Shown here piece by piece: positions 14,678 to 26,800 of a stretch of 64,000 nt of DNA. Location of the stretch: positions 20,227 to 84,226 of the forward strand of contig JAIXXL010000024.1 of the NCBI GenBank assembly GCA_027490755.1. Reading direction: 5' to 3'. This stretch comes from Betaproteobacteria bacterium (GTDB taxonomy: Bacteria; Pseudomonadota; Gammaproteobacteria; Burkholderiales; UBA3065). The notes under the pieces were generated by a model. The model was not told where the DNA came from and made no database searches. It saw only the letters and a program-made list of their open reading frames with translations. The translations under genes were made by a program, and so were the position numbers. How positions within the stretch are numbered: the first letter of the stretch is position 1; the number at the start of each line of letters is the position of its first letter.

Positions 14678-14816
14678 GTTGGTGTAGGTGCTGTCGGAGC
14701 GTCCGATTCTGCCATGCACCCCCGACCCGCTTTCACGGCGGATGGGATCATCGCGAGTGGCGATGCGCACGCAGCCTGCTTTCTCGCGCCCCGACAGCAG
14801 TTGTATGCTCGCCTGC

Positions 14817-15998
14817 ATGGATGACACGCGCGTTGACCACGATCACTTCATCGCCACGCAGAGCGCAGCTTGGACCGCGCTGCGGCGCGACCTGCACGCT
14901 CACCCGGAGCTCGCCTTCGCCGAGCACCGCACCGCGGACCTGATCGCTGGCCGGCTGCAGGCGGCCGGCATCCCGTTGCGCCGCGAGCTTGGCGGTACGG
15001 GGGTGGTGGGTGTGGTGGAGGGTCGCCGGCCCGGACCGATGATCGGCCTGCGCGCGGACATGGACGCGCTGCCGATGGAGGAGCGCAACAACTTCGCCCA
15101 CCGCTCGGTCCACGCCGGCCGCATGCACGCCTGCGGCCACGACGGTCACACCGCCATGCTGGTCGCTGCGGCCGAGACGCTGGCTGTGGCGCCGGACTTC
15201 GCCGGCCGTGTCGCCTTCATCTTCCAGCCGGCCGAGGAGGGCGACGGCGGCGCCCGCCGGATGATGGACGAGGGCCTGTTCACCGACTTCCCCTGCGAGG
15301 AGGTCTACGCGCTGCACAACTGGCCCGGGCTGGATGCCGGCAGCTTTGCCGTGCACCGTGGGCCGGTGATGGCCTCGGCCGACCAGTTCGACATCACCCT
15401 GCGCGGGCGCGGCGCGCATGCCGCCATGCCGCACCAGGGGCTGGACCCGGTCACCGCTGCCGCGGCGCTGGTGCAGACCCTGCAGACGGTGGTCAGCCGC
15501 CGCACCGACCCGCTGCGCGCCGGTGTGGTCAGCGTCACCCGCATGCAGGCCGGCGAGGCTTACAACGTCATCCCCGAGACGGTGACCCTGGGCGGTACCG
15601 TGCGCGCGCTCGACAACACCGTGCGCGATGCGCTGCAGGCGCAGATCACCGCCGCGGCCGAGGGCATCGCAGTGGCGCACGGCCTGCACGCCACGGTCGA
15701 CTACCGCCGCGGCTACCCGGCTACCGTCAACCACGCCGCGCAGGCCGACTTCGCCGGGCGCGTGGCGGCGGCGCTGGTCGGCGAGGACAAGGTGCGGCGC
15801 GACATGGACCCGTCGATGGGCGCCGAGGACTTCGGCTTCATGCTGATGGAGAAGCCGGGCGCCTACCTGTGGATCGGCAACGGCCCCGGCAGCGGCGGCT
15901 GCATGCTGCACAACCCGCTCTACGACTTCAACGACGAGATCCTGCCGCTGGGGCTCCGGTTCTGGCGTGCGCTGGTGCAGGCCCGGCTGCCGCTCTAG
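14817..15998 (+). CDS. M20 family amidohydrolase (hippurate hydrolase-like)
   Basis: LHAHPELAF, LRADMDALP, MHACGHDGH, FQPAEE, MGAEDF, LHNPLYDFND. Confidence 0.93.
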   Translation: MDDTRVDHDHFIATQSAAWTALRRDLHAHPELAFAEHRTADLIAGRLQAAGIPLRRELGGTGVVGVVEGRRPGPMIGLRADMDALPMEERNNFAHRSVHAGRMHACGHDGHTAMLVAAAETLAVAPDFAGRVAFIFQPAEEGDGGARRMMDEGLFTDFPCEEVYALHNWPGLDAGSFAVHRGPVMASADQFDITLRGRGAHAAMPHQGLDPVTAAAALVQTLQTVVSRRTDPLRAGVVSVTRMQAGEAYNVIPETVTLGGTVRALDNTVRDALQAQITAAAEGIAVAHGLHATVDYRRGYPATVNHAAQADFAGRVAAALVGEDKVRRDMDPSMGAEDFGFMLMEKPGAYLWIGNGPGSGGCMLHNPLYDFNDEILPLGLRFWRALVQARLPL

Positions 15999-17488
15999 CC
16001 GGCCAGTTCCCCCGCCACCTGCTTGCCCAGCTCCACGCCCCACTGGTCGAAGGGGTTGATGTGCCAGACGCAGGCCTGGGCGAACACCTTGTGCTCGTAG
16101 CAGGCCAGCAGCGCGCCCAGCGTCTCCGCGTCCAGCGCGGCGGCGCGTATCAGCGTGTTCGGCTGGCCACCCGGCAGCGCGCCATGCGCGCCGGGTGCAG
16201 CGTCCACCTGGCCACCTGCATGCAGGACACGCGCCTGGGCTGACCCATTGGCGTTGAGCGCCGGCTCCACCGCAGCGGTCTCGTCGAACAGGATGATGTC
16301 GGCCGGCAGCAAGGCCGTGCCCTGGTGCAGCAGCTGCATGAAGGCGTGCTGCGCGTGCGAGCCTGAGGCGCCGAACAGCACACCGCCGGTCTCCCACGCC
16401 ACCTCCTTGCCGTCGATGTCCACGCGCTTGCCCAGCGACTCCATCTCCAGTTGCTGCAGGTAAGCCGGCAGCGTTCGCAGCGGCCAGGCGTAGGGCAACA
16501 CGGCGTGCGCCTGCGCACCCAAAAAGTTGCGGTACCACACGCCCAGCAGGCCCATCAGCAGCGGCAGATTGGCGGCGGGTGTGGCCTCGGCGAAGTGATC
16601 ATCGATGGCATGTGCGCCACGGTGCAGGCTCAGCAGCACCTGTGGCCCGCAGGCGATCTGCACGATCAGGCTGACGGCCGACCAGATCGAGTAACGCCCA
16701 CCGATCCACTCGCCGAAGGCCAGACACTGCGTGGCAGGCACGCCCCACGCCGCGGCTCGATCCGGCGCGGCGGTGACGGCGACGAAGTGCCGGTGCAGCT
16801 GCGCCTCCGGCAGGCCGGCGCCGCGCAGCCAATCGCGTGCCCGCGCAGCGTTGGTCAGCGTCTCCAGGGTGCCAAAGGTCTTGGAGCAGACGATGAACAG
16901 GGTCGAGGCCGGGTCGCACGCTGCCAGTGCGTCGGCCAGCGCGCGCGGGTCGAGGTCGCTGACGCAGCGGGAGGTCGGGCCGTCGGCCTGTGCCGCGAGT
17001 GCCTCCAGCGCCAGCGCCGGGCCCAGGTCGGAGCCGCCGATGCCGAGGTTGATGACGCTGCGCACCGTTTGGCGGGTGGAGAGCTTCCACTCGCCGTGGC
17101 GGATCTCGCCGGCGATGCGCGCCTGCGCCGCCAGCCCGGCGTCGATCTCGGCGCGCAGGTCGGGCCCATCCAGCGTGACGGGGCCGCCGCCGCCGCGCAG
17201 CGCGGTGTGCAGGGCGGCACGGTTCTCGGTCGGGTTGACCACGTCGCCGCGCAGCATCCGCGCAAAGCGCGTCTGCACGCCGGCTTGTTCTGCCAGCTCG
17301 CACAGCAGTTCCAGGCCGCGGGCATCCAGACGGTGACGCGAAAAGTCTGCGCGCAGCGGCCCCGCGGCCACCTGCAGCCAGCCGGGCTCGCCACTCGCGA
17401 ACTGCGGCGATGGCGTGCGCCCAGCGCCAACGACGTGGCGGTAGGCGTCGAGCTGCTGCCAGGCGGGGAGGGTGTCGGGGCGGGGCAT
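15995..17488 (-). CDS. pgi: Glucose-6-phosphate isomerase
   Basis: NPTENRAALH, GIGGSDLGP, SKTFGT, GGRYSIWS, QQLEMES, FDQWGVELGK. Confidence 0.94.
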   Translation of the reverse strand: MPRPDTLPAWQQLDAYRHVVGAGRTPSPQFASGEPGWLQVAAGPLRADFSRHRLDARGLELLCELAEQAGVQTRFARMLRGDVVNPTENRAALHTALRGGGGPVTLDGPDLRAEIDAGLAAQARIAGEIRHGEWKLSTRQTVRSVINLGIGGSDLGPALALEALAAQADGPTSRCVSDLDPRALADALAACDPASTLFIVCSKTFGTLETLTNAARARDWLRGAGLPEAQLHRHFVAVTAAPDRAAAWGVPATQCLAFGEWIGGRYSIWSAVSLIVQIACGPQVLLSLHRGAHAIDDHFAEATPAANLPLLMGLLGVWYRNFLGAQAHAVLPYAWPLRTLPAYLQQLEMESLGKRVDIDGKEVAWETGGVLFGASGSHAQHAFMQLLHQGTALLPADIILFDETAAVEPALNANGSAQARVLHAGGQVDAAPGAHGALPGGQPNTLIRAAALDAETLGALLACYEHKVFAQACVWHINPFDQWGVELGKQVAGELAG

Positions 17489-17501
17489 GTGCAGAGTGTA
17501 G

Positions 17502-17951
<450 letters not shown>

Positions 17952-17987
17952 CCGGGCCGCGGTCTTGAGCCAGCCGGAGCGCTGAGC

Positions 17988-18887
17988 GTGCCGGAGAGCC
18001 TGGCCGGCAAGCTGGTCGTCGCCATCTCTTCGCGGGCGCTGTTCGACTTCGAGGAAGAGAACCAGGTCTTCGAGGAGACCGACGACCGCGCCTACCGCGC
18101 ACTGCAACTGGCGCGCGTCGACGTCCCGGCCAAGCCGGGGGTGGCGTTCTCGCTGGTGCGCAAGCTGCTCGCCTTCAACACCGACGACACGCAGCGCGTC
18201 GAGGTGGTCATCCTGTCGCGCAACGACCCGGTCTCGGGCATGCGCGTGTTCCGCTCGGCGCAGCACTACGGGCTGCCGATCCAGCGCGGCACCTTCACCC
18301 GCGGCGAGTCGCCGTGGCGCTATCTGCGCCCATTGCACGCCAACCTGTTCCTCTCAGCCCACCTGTCAGATGTCCGGTCGGCGCTGGAGGCTGGCGTGCC
18401 GGCGGCACAGGTCTACCCGCACTCGACCCGCGCCACCGACGCCCACCCGCACGAGGTCCGCATCGCCTTCGACGGCGACGCGGTGCTGTTCTCAGACGAG
18501 GCCGAGCGCGTCTACCAGGACCACGGGCTGGATGCTTTCCAGGCGCACGAGCGCGACAATGCCGCGCAGCCGCTCTCCGACGGGCCGTTCAAGCCGCTGC
18601 TGGAGGCGCTGCACCGGTTGCAGCAGGAGGGCACCCCGGCCATGCGCATCCGCACCGCGCTGGTGACTGCCCGCAGCGCGCCGGCGCACGAGCGCGCCAT
18701 CCGCACGCTGATGGACTGGAACGTCGAGGTGGACGAGGCGATGTTTCTCGGCGGCCTGGCCAAGGGTGATTTCCTGCGCGAGTTCGAGCCGGACTTCTTC
18801 TTTGATGACCAGGCTGGCCACTGCGAATCGGCCGCCGCCGCCGGCCCCGCCGGTCAGGTGCTGTTCGGCGTGCGCAACGCCGGTTAA
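17988..18887 (+). CDS. 5'-nucleotidase (cN-I type)
   Basis: VVAISSRALFD, IAFDGDAVLFSDE, VTARSAPAHER, FFDDQ. Confidence 0.9.
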   Translation: MPESLAGKLVVAISSRALFDFEEENQVFEETDDRAYRALQLARVDVPAKPGVAFSLVRKLLAFNTDDTQRVEVVILSRNDPVSGMRVFRSAQHYGLPIQRGTFTRGESPWRYLRPLHANLFLSAHLSDVRSALEAGVPAAQVYPHSTRATDAHPHEVRIAFDGDAVLFSDEAERVYQDHGLDAFQAHERDNAAQPLSDGPFKPLLEALHRLQQEGTPAMRIRTALVTARSAPAHERAIRTLMDWNVEVDEAMFLGGLAKGDFLREFEPDFFFDDQAGHCESAAAAGPAGQVLFGVRNAG

Positions 18888-18945
18888 GGCCGCTTCAGAC
18901 GGTCACGGACGTAGCGGAGTGGCCGCCGCCGCGCGACCCGCAGGC

Positions 18946-19755
18946 TCAGCCGGCCAGGCCCTCGGCCAGCTCGCTCACCGCCGGCATCTCCTCAAGGATC
19001 ACGTCCTCGGCAAGCTTGAGCGGCGTGAGCGCGAAACGCGGCAGTCGACGCGTACGCTCCGCCACCGACATCTGCGCGCCGCTGGCTCGCGCGGCCCACA
19101 TGCCCAGATGCAGCACGCAGGCCATGCGGTTGGCGGCCGGCGGTACCTCGGCGTCGCGCACCGCCGCGACAAAGGCCTCGGGAAAGTGCCAACGGCTCGA
19201 CAGTTCGGCGCTGACGCGGTGGTAGTCGTAGCCGAAGCGTTCGCGCTCCGCCTCAGCGCGACCGGGGTCGCTGCAAGGTTTCGCCTTGGCGAACTGCTCC
19301 ATGGTCTCGGGCATGGCGGCGTGCATCACCAGCTGACCGATGGCGTGCATCATGCCCACGGTAAAGGCCACCGCAGCGTTGTCGCGGGCCTGCCCGGCGA
19401 TCCAGCGGCTGGCGCCGGCGCATTGCGCGCTGTAGCGCCAGAAACCTGCCAGATCGAGGCCCGGCACCGGGCGCGCGCTGCCGGCCAGGCCGCAGCCGAT
19501 GACGATGGTGCGCAGGTTGTTGAAGCCGAGCAGCATCACCGCATCCTCGATGCTGGATACCGCGCGCGGCAGGCCGAACTGAGCCGAATTGGCGGCGCGC
19601 AGCAGCTTCGCGCACAGCACCTGGTCGGCACGCACGTGGCCGATGATCTCGTCGACGCTGACGTCCTCCTTGTTGAAGCTGGCGATCAACTCGTGCACCA
19701 CTTCCGGCACGCTGGGCAGGTTCTGCGAGTTCTGGAAGAGGGCGTTGAGGTCCAT
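18946..19755 (-). CDS. Stand-alone HDOD domain protein
   Basis: LPSVPEVV, DQVLCAKLLRAANS, AVMLLG, VGMMHAIGQL, W-HFP. Confidence 0.88.
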   Translation of the reverse strand: MDLNALFQNSQNLPSVPEVVHELIASFNKEDVSVDEIIGHVRADQVLCAKLLRAANSAQFGLPRAVSSIEDAVMLLGFNNLRTIVIGCGLAGSARPVPGLDLAGFWRYSAQCAGASRWIAGQARDNAAVAFTVGMMHAIGQLVMHAAMPETMEQFAKAKPCSDPGRAEAERERFGYDYHRVSAELSSRWHFPEAFVAAVRDAEVPPAANRMACVLHLGMWAARASGAQMSVAERTRRLPRFALTPLKLAEDVILEEMPAVSELAEGLAG

Positions 19756-19802
19756 GTGCGGCCGTTGGCAGCCCGAAGGCGGAGGGCAGATGGTATCCGG
19801 AC

Positions 19803-20390
19803 TCAGCCGCCTCCGCGCGGCCACGCGCCGGCCTCGGTGACCAGCCAGTCCATCGGCAGGTCGTGGGCCTGCGGCTGGGTGTCGGCCAGGCGCGCCAGTT
19901 CGTAGGCGACGCCCACCGCGAGCGGCCGCGGCTGCATCGCCGCCAGCGTGCGGTCGAAGTGCCCGGCGCCGTAGCCGATGCGGTAGCCGCGCGCGTCGAA
20001 GCCGTTGCAGGGGATCAGCAGCAGGTCCGGGTGCAGGTCGGGGCCGTCGCCGGGGAAGGGGATGCCGTAGCGGTCCAGCGGCATCTCGACATCCGGGTCC
20101 CAGCGCCGCCAGCGCATCGGCACGCCTGTGGCGCCGACCACCGGCAGCGCCGCCCACCGGCTGGCATCGGCGCGCAGCCAGGCGGTGACCACCGCGCGCA
20201 TGTCGAACTCGGCCCGGTAGGGCCAGCAGAAGCCGATCGAGGCGGGTGCCAGGGTGTCCAGCAGTCTGGCCAGGTGGCCGCCCAGCGCGTGGTCCGCGGC
20301 AGCGCGTGCGGGTGCAGGCATGTCGGTGCGAGCCTGGATCAGTGCCAGTCGCTGAGCCTTGCGCGCGGCGCGCGGGTCTTCGCTCTGCAT
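19803..20390 (-). CDS. 5-formyltetrahydrofolate cyclo-ligase
   Basis: DLLLIPCNGFD, RIGYGAGHFDRTL, HDLPMD. Confidence 0.9.
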   Translation of the reverse strand: MQSEDPRAARKAQRLALIQARTDMPAPARAAADHALGGHLARLLDTLAPASIGFCWPYRAEFDMRAVVTAWLRADASRWAALPVVGATGVPMRWRRWDPDVEMPLDRYGIPFPGDGPDLHPDLLLIPCNGFDARGYRIGYGAGHFDRTLAAMQPRPLAVGVAYELARLADTQPQAHDLPMDWLVTEAGAWPRGGG

Positions 20391-21391
20391 CAGATCGCTG
20401 CCGCGACCCTGGTCACCAGCGACGGCCCCTGGTAGATGAGCCCGGTGTAGACCTGCACCAGACTGGCCCCGGCAGAGATCTTGGCCTGCGCGTCTGCGGC
20501 CGAGAAGATGCCGCCGACGCCGATGATCGGCAGCGCGCCATCAAGGCGCCGCGCCAGAGCCGCCAGCCGCTCTGTGCTGCGCTCGAATACCGGTCGGCCG
20601 CTCAGGCCGCCGGCCTCGCTGGCCAAGGGGTGGCCAGCCACGGCGCTGCGGTCGAGCGTGGTGTTGGTGGCGATCACGCCATCGATGCCGCTCGCCAACA
20701 GCCGCCGCGCGATGTCGTCCAGCGCGTCGTCCTCCAGGTCCGGCGCGATCTTGACCAGCAGGGGCACATAGCGCCCGTGCGCATCGGCCAGGCTGGCCTG
20801 ACGGTGGCGCAGCGACTGCAGCAGCGCGTCCAGCTCGTCGCCGTGCTGCAGGCTGCGCAGGCCCTTGGTGTTGGGCGAGCTGATGTTCACCGTGACATAG
20901 GACGCGTGCGGGTAGGCTGCATCCAACGCCTTCAGGTAGTCGTCGTTGGCCTGATCCAGCGGAGTGTCGGCGTTCTTGCCGATGTTGATGCCGAGGATGC
21001 CGCGCCAGCGCGTCTTTGCCAGGTTGGCCAGCAGCCCCTGCACCCCGCTGTTGTTGAAGCCCAGCCGGTTGATCAGGGCGCCGTGCTGCGGCAGCCGGAA
21101 CACCCTTGGCCGCGGGTTGCCCGGCTGCGGACGCGGCGTCACGGTGCCGACCTCGATGAAGCCGAAGCCTAGCGTGGCGAGGCCGTCGATGTGTGCGCCG
21201 TCCTTGTCCAGGCCGGCGGCCAGCCCGATGCGGTTGGGGAACTCCATGCCGAACAGTTTCAGACGCCGCCCCGGCGCGGGTTGCGGGTCGCGGATCACCG
21301 CGCCCATCAGGTCGACGCCACGCAGCACCCAGTCGTGCGCGGTCTCGGGTTCCAGCGCGAAGAGCGCGCTGCGGATCAATGGATAAGCCAT
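20390..21391 (-). CDS. pyrD: Quinone-dependent dihydroorotate dehydrogenase
   Basis: [34 protein letters not shown]. Confidence 0.97.
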   Translation of the reverse strand: MAYPLIRSALFALEPETAHDWVLRGVDLMGAVIRDPQPAPGRRLKLFGMEFPNRIGLAAGLDKDGAHIDGLATLGFGFIEVGTVTPRPQPGNPRPRVFRLPQHGALINRLGFNNSGVQGLLANLAKTRWRGILGINIGKNADTPLDQANDDYLKALDAAYPHASYVTVNISSPNTKGLRSLQHGDELDALLQSLRHRQASLADAHGRYVPLLVKIAPDLEDDALDDIARRLLASGIDGVIATNTTLDRSAVAGHPLASEAGGLSGRPVFERSTERLAALARRLDGALPIIGVGGIFSAADAQAKISAGASLVQVYTGLIYQGPSLVTRVAAAI

Positions 21392-21463
21392 GGCGCGATT
21401 CTAATCGCCCGCGGGGTCGCCTCGGCCTGCAGCGGTGGGGCGAATGCCGCTATCCTTTGACCC

Positions 21464-23767
21464 ATGGCAGCAGCTCCCTCCCGACCACCCTCCGGCCCTG
21501 CCGCCGGCGTCGCTCCGCGGCTGCTCGGCCTGATGCGCGAGGCGCTCTGGCTCGCCGGCCTTGCGCTCGTCGTCTACCTTGCGCTGGCGCTGCTTACCCA
21601 CCAGCTGGCCGACCCGGGCTGGTCGCGCGTGGCCTCTGGCGGGCCGGTGCAGAACAGCGCCGGTCTGGTCGGCGCCTGGCTCGCCGACATCCTGTACTAC
21701 ATCTTCGGCCACTCGGCGCTGTGGCTGCTGGTCGCGGCTGGCATCGCGCTGGCGCGCAGCTACGGCCTGATGATGCGCAACCATCAGGCCGACCGCGTCT
21801 CGGTGGGCGTCATGCTGGTCGGCCTGCTGCTGCTGATGGTCGGCGGCGCGGCGTTCGAGGCGCTGCGCTTCCAGGCCTACGCCGAGGCCCTGCCGGCGGG
21901 AGCCGGCGGCGCCCTGGGCAGCACGCTGGCCGGGCTCTCGGCACAGCTGCTTGGTCTGACTGGCGCCACGCTGCTGCTGCTGGTCATCCCGATGGCTGGC
22001 CTGAGCCTGCTGTCCGGCATCTCCTGGCTGGAGCTGGCCGAATACACCGGCACCGCCGCCGAGTGGCTGGCGCTGCGATCGTGGCAGGCCGCCGAGGACT
22101 GGCGCGACCGCCGTCTGGGGGCACGGGCGGCGCATCAGCGCGATGTGACGCTGGCGGTGGCCGAGCAGGTTGCGCAGAACCGCGAACCGGTGCGTATCGT
22201 CGCGCCCGAGGAGCCGCCCGAGGTCTCCGAGCGTGTCGACAAGGAGAAGCAGCGGCCGCTCTTCACCGACCTGCCGGGCGACGGCCTGCCGCCGCTGGCG
22301 CTGCTCGACGAGGCCTCGGCCGTGGTCGAGGGCCCGCCGGTGGAGACGCTCGAGTTCACCTCACGCCTGATCGAGCACAAGCTGCGTGAGTTCGGCGTGG
22401 ACGTGCAGGTGCTGGCTGCGTATCCGGGCCCGGTCATCACCCGCTACGAGATCCAGCCCGCCACCGGCGTGAAGGGCAGCCAGATCGTCAACCTGGTCAA
22501 GGACCTGGCGCGCGCGCTGTCGGTCAGCAGCATCCGTGTGGTCGAGACCATCCCCGGCAAGTCGTGCATGGGCCTGGAGATCCCCAACGCCAAGCGGCAG
22601 ACGGTGCGCCTCTCCGAGGTGCTCTCGGCCAGCGTCTACGCCGACAACACCTCGCCGCTCACGCTGGCGCTGGGCAAGGATATCGGCGGCGCGCCGATGG
22701 TGGCCGATCTGGCCAAGATGCCGCACCTGCTGGTGGCCGGCACCACCGGCTCGGGCAAGTCGGTGGCCATCAACGCCATGATCCTGTCGCTGCTGTTCAA
22801 GGCGACGCCGCAGGAGGTGCGGCTGATCCTGGTCGACCCGAAGATGCTGGAGCTGTCGGTGTACGACGGCATCCCGCACCTTCTGGCGCCGGTGGTCACC
22901 GACATGAAGCAGGCTGCCCATGCGCTGGCCTGGTGCACGGTCGAGATGGACCGCCGCTACCGGCTGATGAGCGCGCTGGGTGTGCGCAACCTGGCCGGCT
23001 ACAACATGAAGGTGAACGACGCCATCGAGCTGGGCGTGCCCATCACCGACCCCCTGTTCGAGGCGCTCAATCCCGGCGAGGACCCGCCAGAACTCGAGCC
23101 GATGCCGAACATCGTGGTCGTCATCGACGAACTGGCCGACCTGATGATGGTGGTCGGCAAGAAGATCGAGGAGCTCATCGCGCGGCTGGCGCAGAAGGCA
23201 CGTGCGGCTGGCATCCACCTCATCCTCGCCACGCAGCGGCCGTCGGTGGACGTGATCACCGGCCTGATCAAGGCCAACGTGCCGACGCGGGTGGCGTTCC
23301 AGGTCTCGAGCAAGATCGACAGCCGCACCATCCTCGACCAGATGGGCGCCGAGACCCTGCTGGGCATGGGCGACATGCTCTACCTGCCGCCCGGCACCGG
23401 CCTGCCGGTGCGCTGCCACGGCGCCTTTGTGGGGGATGACGAGGTGCACCGTGTGGTCGAGTTCCTGCGCGCACAGGGTGAGCCGGACTATGTGGACGGC
23501 ATGCTCGATGGCGATGGCGGTGGGGGTGACTTCGATGCCGCAGGCGGCGAGGGTGGTGGTGGCGATCCGGAATCGGACCCGCTCTACGACGAGGCAGTGG
23601 CGATCGTGCTGCGCACCCGCCGCGCCAGCATCTCGGCGGTGCAGCGCCAGCTGCGCATCGGCTACAACCGCGCCGCGCGCCTCATCGAGGCGATGGAGCA
23701 GGCCGGCCTGGTGTCGCCGATGGAGTCCAACGGCAACCGCACGGTGCTGGTGCGGGCGCCAGACTAG
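21464..23767 (+). CDS. ftsK: DNA translocase FtsK
   Basis: N-terminal TM segments, [29 protein letters not shown], gamma domain [13 protein letters not shown]. Confidence 0.97.
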   Translation: MAAAPSRPPSGPAAGVAPRLLGLMREALWLAGLALVVYLALALLTHQLADPGWSRVASGGPVQNSAGLVGAWLADILYYIFGHSALWLLVAAGIALARSYGLMMRNHQADRVSVGVMLVGLLLLMVGGAAFEALRFQAYAEALPAGAGGALGSTLAGLSAQLLGLTGATLLLLVIPMAGLSLLSGISWLELAEYTGTAAEWLALRSWQAAEDWRDRRLGARAAHQRDVTLAVAEQVAQNREPVRIVAPEEPPEVSERVDKEKQRPLFTDLPGDGLPPLALLDEASAVVEGPPVETLEFTSRLIEHKLREFGVDVQVLAAYPGPVITRYEIQPATGVKGSQIVNLVKDLARALSVSSIRVVETIPGKSCMGLEIPNAKRQTVRLSEVLSASVYADNTSPLTLALGKDIGGAPMVADLAKMPHLLVAGTTGSGKSVAINAMILSLLFKATPQEVRLILVDPKMLELSVYDGIPHLLAPVVTDMKQAAHALAWCTVEMDRRYRLMSALGVRNLAGYNMKVNDAIELGVPITDPLFEALNPGEDPPELEPMPNIVVVIDELADLMMVVGKKIEELIARLAQKARAAGIHLILATQRPSVDVITGLIKANVPTRVAFQVSSKIDSRTILDQMGAETLLGMGDMLYLPPGTGLPVRCHGAFVGDDEVHRVVEFLRAQGEPDYVDGMLDGDGGGGDFDAAGGEGGGGDPESDPLYDEAVAIVLRTRRASISAVQRQLRIGYNRAARLIEAMEQAGLVSPMESNGNRTVLVRAPD

Positions 23768-23776
23768 CGCACCCAT

Positions 23777-23809
23777 AAAAAAGCCCCCCCGGAAGGCATC
23801 CGGAAGGGC
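23777..23809 (-). terminator. Intrinsic terminator of the large repeat-protein gene
   Basis: Minus strand GCCCTTCCGGA-TGCCT-TCCGGGGGGGC-TTTTTT. Confidence 0.7.
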
Positions 23810-23827
23810 ACAAGGGGACTGCAAGGC

Positions 23828-26800
23828 TCAGACTGCGATGCCGATGTAGTACGCGTTGTCGTTGTCGGTCACGGTGGGCATGCCCACCACGCTGACGCTG
23901 GCTGAGTTGACCTGCTGGCCGATCTGCAGCGTGGTGTCGCTGAAGATCAGCTCCTTCGACTCTCCGGGGGCGAAGGTGCCGAAGTCGTAGGTGACGCCAG
24001 AGTCCACGCCGTTGAGGTCGTAGGTGTTGTCCTCCAGCACCACGTCTCCCAAGGTCACCGTACCTGTATTGCTCACCACAAAGCGGAACAGTGGCGCGCT
24101 GGTGGCCTCCGGCCCGGTCGGCGAATTGGCATCGTTCCAGGTCGAGCCGCCGTCCACCGAGACGTACTTCACCAGGTTGACGCGAGGGTCGTAGACCACG
24201 GTCACGTACTCGCTGTCGGCTGCCGGGGTCGTCTCGTTGCTGCCGGCGGTCGAGTCGCTCTCCACCCGCCCGTCGCCATCGCCGTTACTGTCGAGGTCGC
24301 TTTGCTGGAGGGTGTAGCTGCCGGTGTAGACGCCGCTTTCACCCGGCGCCAGTGTCACGCCGGTCACCGCGACTCCGGTCAGGGGGTCGGTGACGTTCAC
24401 GTCGGTCAATGTCACGTTGCCGAGGTTGGCGACGGTGTAGCGGAAGTTGAGGACGTCACCCGCCGCATCGGCCAACAGGTTGCCGTTGCCACCCGTCACA
24501 CCCGTGAACGCCGCGTCGTATGACATCGACTTGGTCAGCAGCAGCGGCACCTGATCGCCGTCAGTCACCGGGTTGGCTTGGTCGCTGGTGGCGTTGGCGA
24601 TGTTGTCGATATAGCCATCACCCCCGCCATTGTTGTCGAGGTCGCTCTGCTGCAGTGTGTAACTGGTCAAGTAGACATTCGCGTCGTTGGGTGCCAGCGT
24701 CAGGTCGTTGAGGATCAAGCCGGTGAGCGGTTCGAACAGGTCGACGTTGGTCAAGGTGACGTTGCCCGGGTTGGCCAGGATCAGTCGGTAGTTGATCTGG
24801 TCGCCGGCCGCGTCTGCCACCCCGTTGCCGTTGCCGCCAGTCACGTCGAGGAACAGCTTGCTGAGGAACATCACCGGTCTCACAAACAGCTGTACCGTCT
24901 CCGAGTCAAATGTCGGACCGGTCTCGTCGGCCACGGCCACGGCATCGTTCTCAAGGGTGCCGTCGCCGCCGCCGTTGTTGTCGAGGTCGGCTTGCTGCAG
25001 GGTGTAGCTGGTCAGGTAGGTGTAATTCTCACCCGGCAACAGCGTTGCCAGAGTGTCGGAGAAGCTGGTCAGGCTGCTGGTGGTGACGACGTTGTGCAGC
25101 GTGGTGGTGCCGACATTGCTGACGACGATCCGGTAGTTGAGGATGTCCCCAGCCCTATCTGCCAGAACGTTGCCGTTGCCGCCGGTGAGGTCGACGAAGG
25201 ACTTGATGATCTGCAAGCCGGTAGTCCGCTGCAGCTGCACGGTCTCGGCATCGCTGATCGGATCGGTCTGGTCAGAATCGGTTGTTGCTTCGTTGTCGAT
25301 GTCGCCATCGCCGCCGCCGTTGTCATCAAGGTCGGCCTGCGTCAGTTCGTAGATCGAGCCGAAAGTCTGCGTCTCGCCCGGTGCCAGTGTCAGACCCGTC
25401 TGGTTCAGGCCTGTCAGCGGGTCGACCACCGAGACATTGGTCAGCGTCACATTGCCCCGATTCGAGACCGTAACGTCGTAATTCAGGACGTCGCCGGCAG
25501 CGTCCGCCAATAGGTTGCCGTTGCCGCCGGTGATGCCAGCAGGCACCTTGTTAATCGACAGCGACGGGCGCACGCTCAGATCCACGCGCTCGGAGTCGCT
25601 GACCGGCTCGGTCTCGTTGCTGTCGGCGGTCGCCGTGTTCTCAATATGGCTGTCCCCGCCACCATTGGTGTCCAAGTCAGCCTGAGTCAGGGTGTAGCTC
25701 GAGGCGAAGGTCTGCGTCTCACCCACCGCCAACGTGATGCCACCGATGTTCTGCCCTGTCAGTGGGTCGACGACGGTGACGCCGGTGAGCGTGATGTTTC
25801 CGTTATTCCTCACCAATACGCGGTAGTTGAGCACATCGCCGGCGAAGTCGGCCACGCCGTTCTGGTTGCCGCCGGTGATCTCGTCGATGACCTTGTCGAT
25901 CGCGATGGCAGGGGTATATGCCAGTGGCACGGCGACCGATGCGGTGACTGGGTCGGTCTGGTCGGAATCCGCGGTGGCGGTATTGTCGAGGTCACCGTCG
26001 CCGCCGCCTTGGGTGTCGAGGTCGCTCTGCTGCAGCACATAGCTGCTGTCGAAGCTCTGCGACTCGCCGGCGGCCAGCGTGATGCCGCTCACGTTCTGCC
26101 CGGTGAGCGGGTCGACGATGGTGACATTGGTGAGCGTCACGCCGTCAGTGTTGGTCACTGTGACGCGGTAGCGGATGACGTCGCCGGCTGCATCTGCGAC
26201 GTCGTTGCCGTTGCCATCGGTCACCTGGAGGAAGGTCTTGGTGACCTGCAGCGCCGGGACGAAGTCGAGCGGTGCCGATGCCGAGGCGCTAGCCGGGTCG
26301 GTCTGGTCGGAGTCAGCGGTTGCGGTGTTGTCGATGTCGCCGTCGCCGCCGCCGTTGTTGTCCAGATCGGCCTGAGTGACGGTATAGGTCGAGGTGAAGG
26401 TCTGCGTCTGACCGACTGTCAGGGTGATGCCGCTCAAATTCTGGCCGGTGAGCGGGTCGACGACGGTGACGTTGGTGAGGGTGACGTTGCCGTTGTTGGT
26501 GACGGTGACGGTGTAGTTGAGCACCTCGCCCGGCAGGTCGATCTTGTCGTTCTGGTTGCCGCCGGTGACGCTGTCGTAGGACTTGGCGATGGCGAGCACT
26601 GGCAGGTAGGCCAGGGGCACGGTTTCCGAATCGCTGCTGGGGTCGGTTTCGTTGCTGTCGACGGTTGCGGTGTTGTCGATGTCGCCGTCGCCGCCGCCCT
26701 GAGCATCGAGGTCGTCTTGGGTCAGGGTGTAGCTGCTGCCGAAGGTCTGGGTCGTGCCCGGGTCTAGGGTGATGCCGCTCAGGTTCTGTCCGGTGAGCGG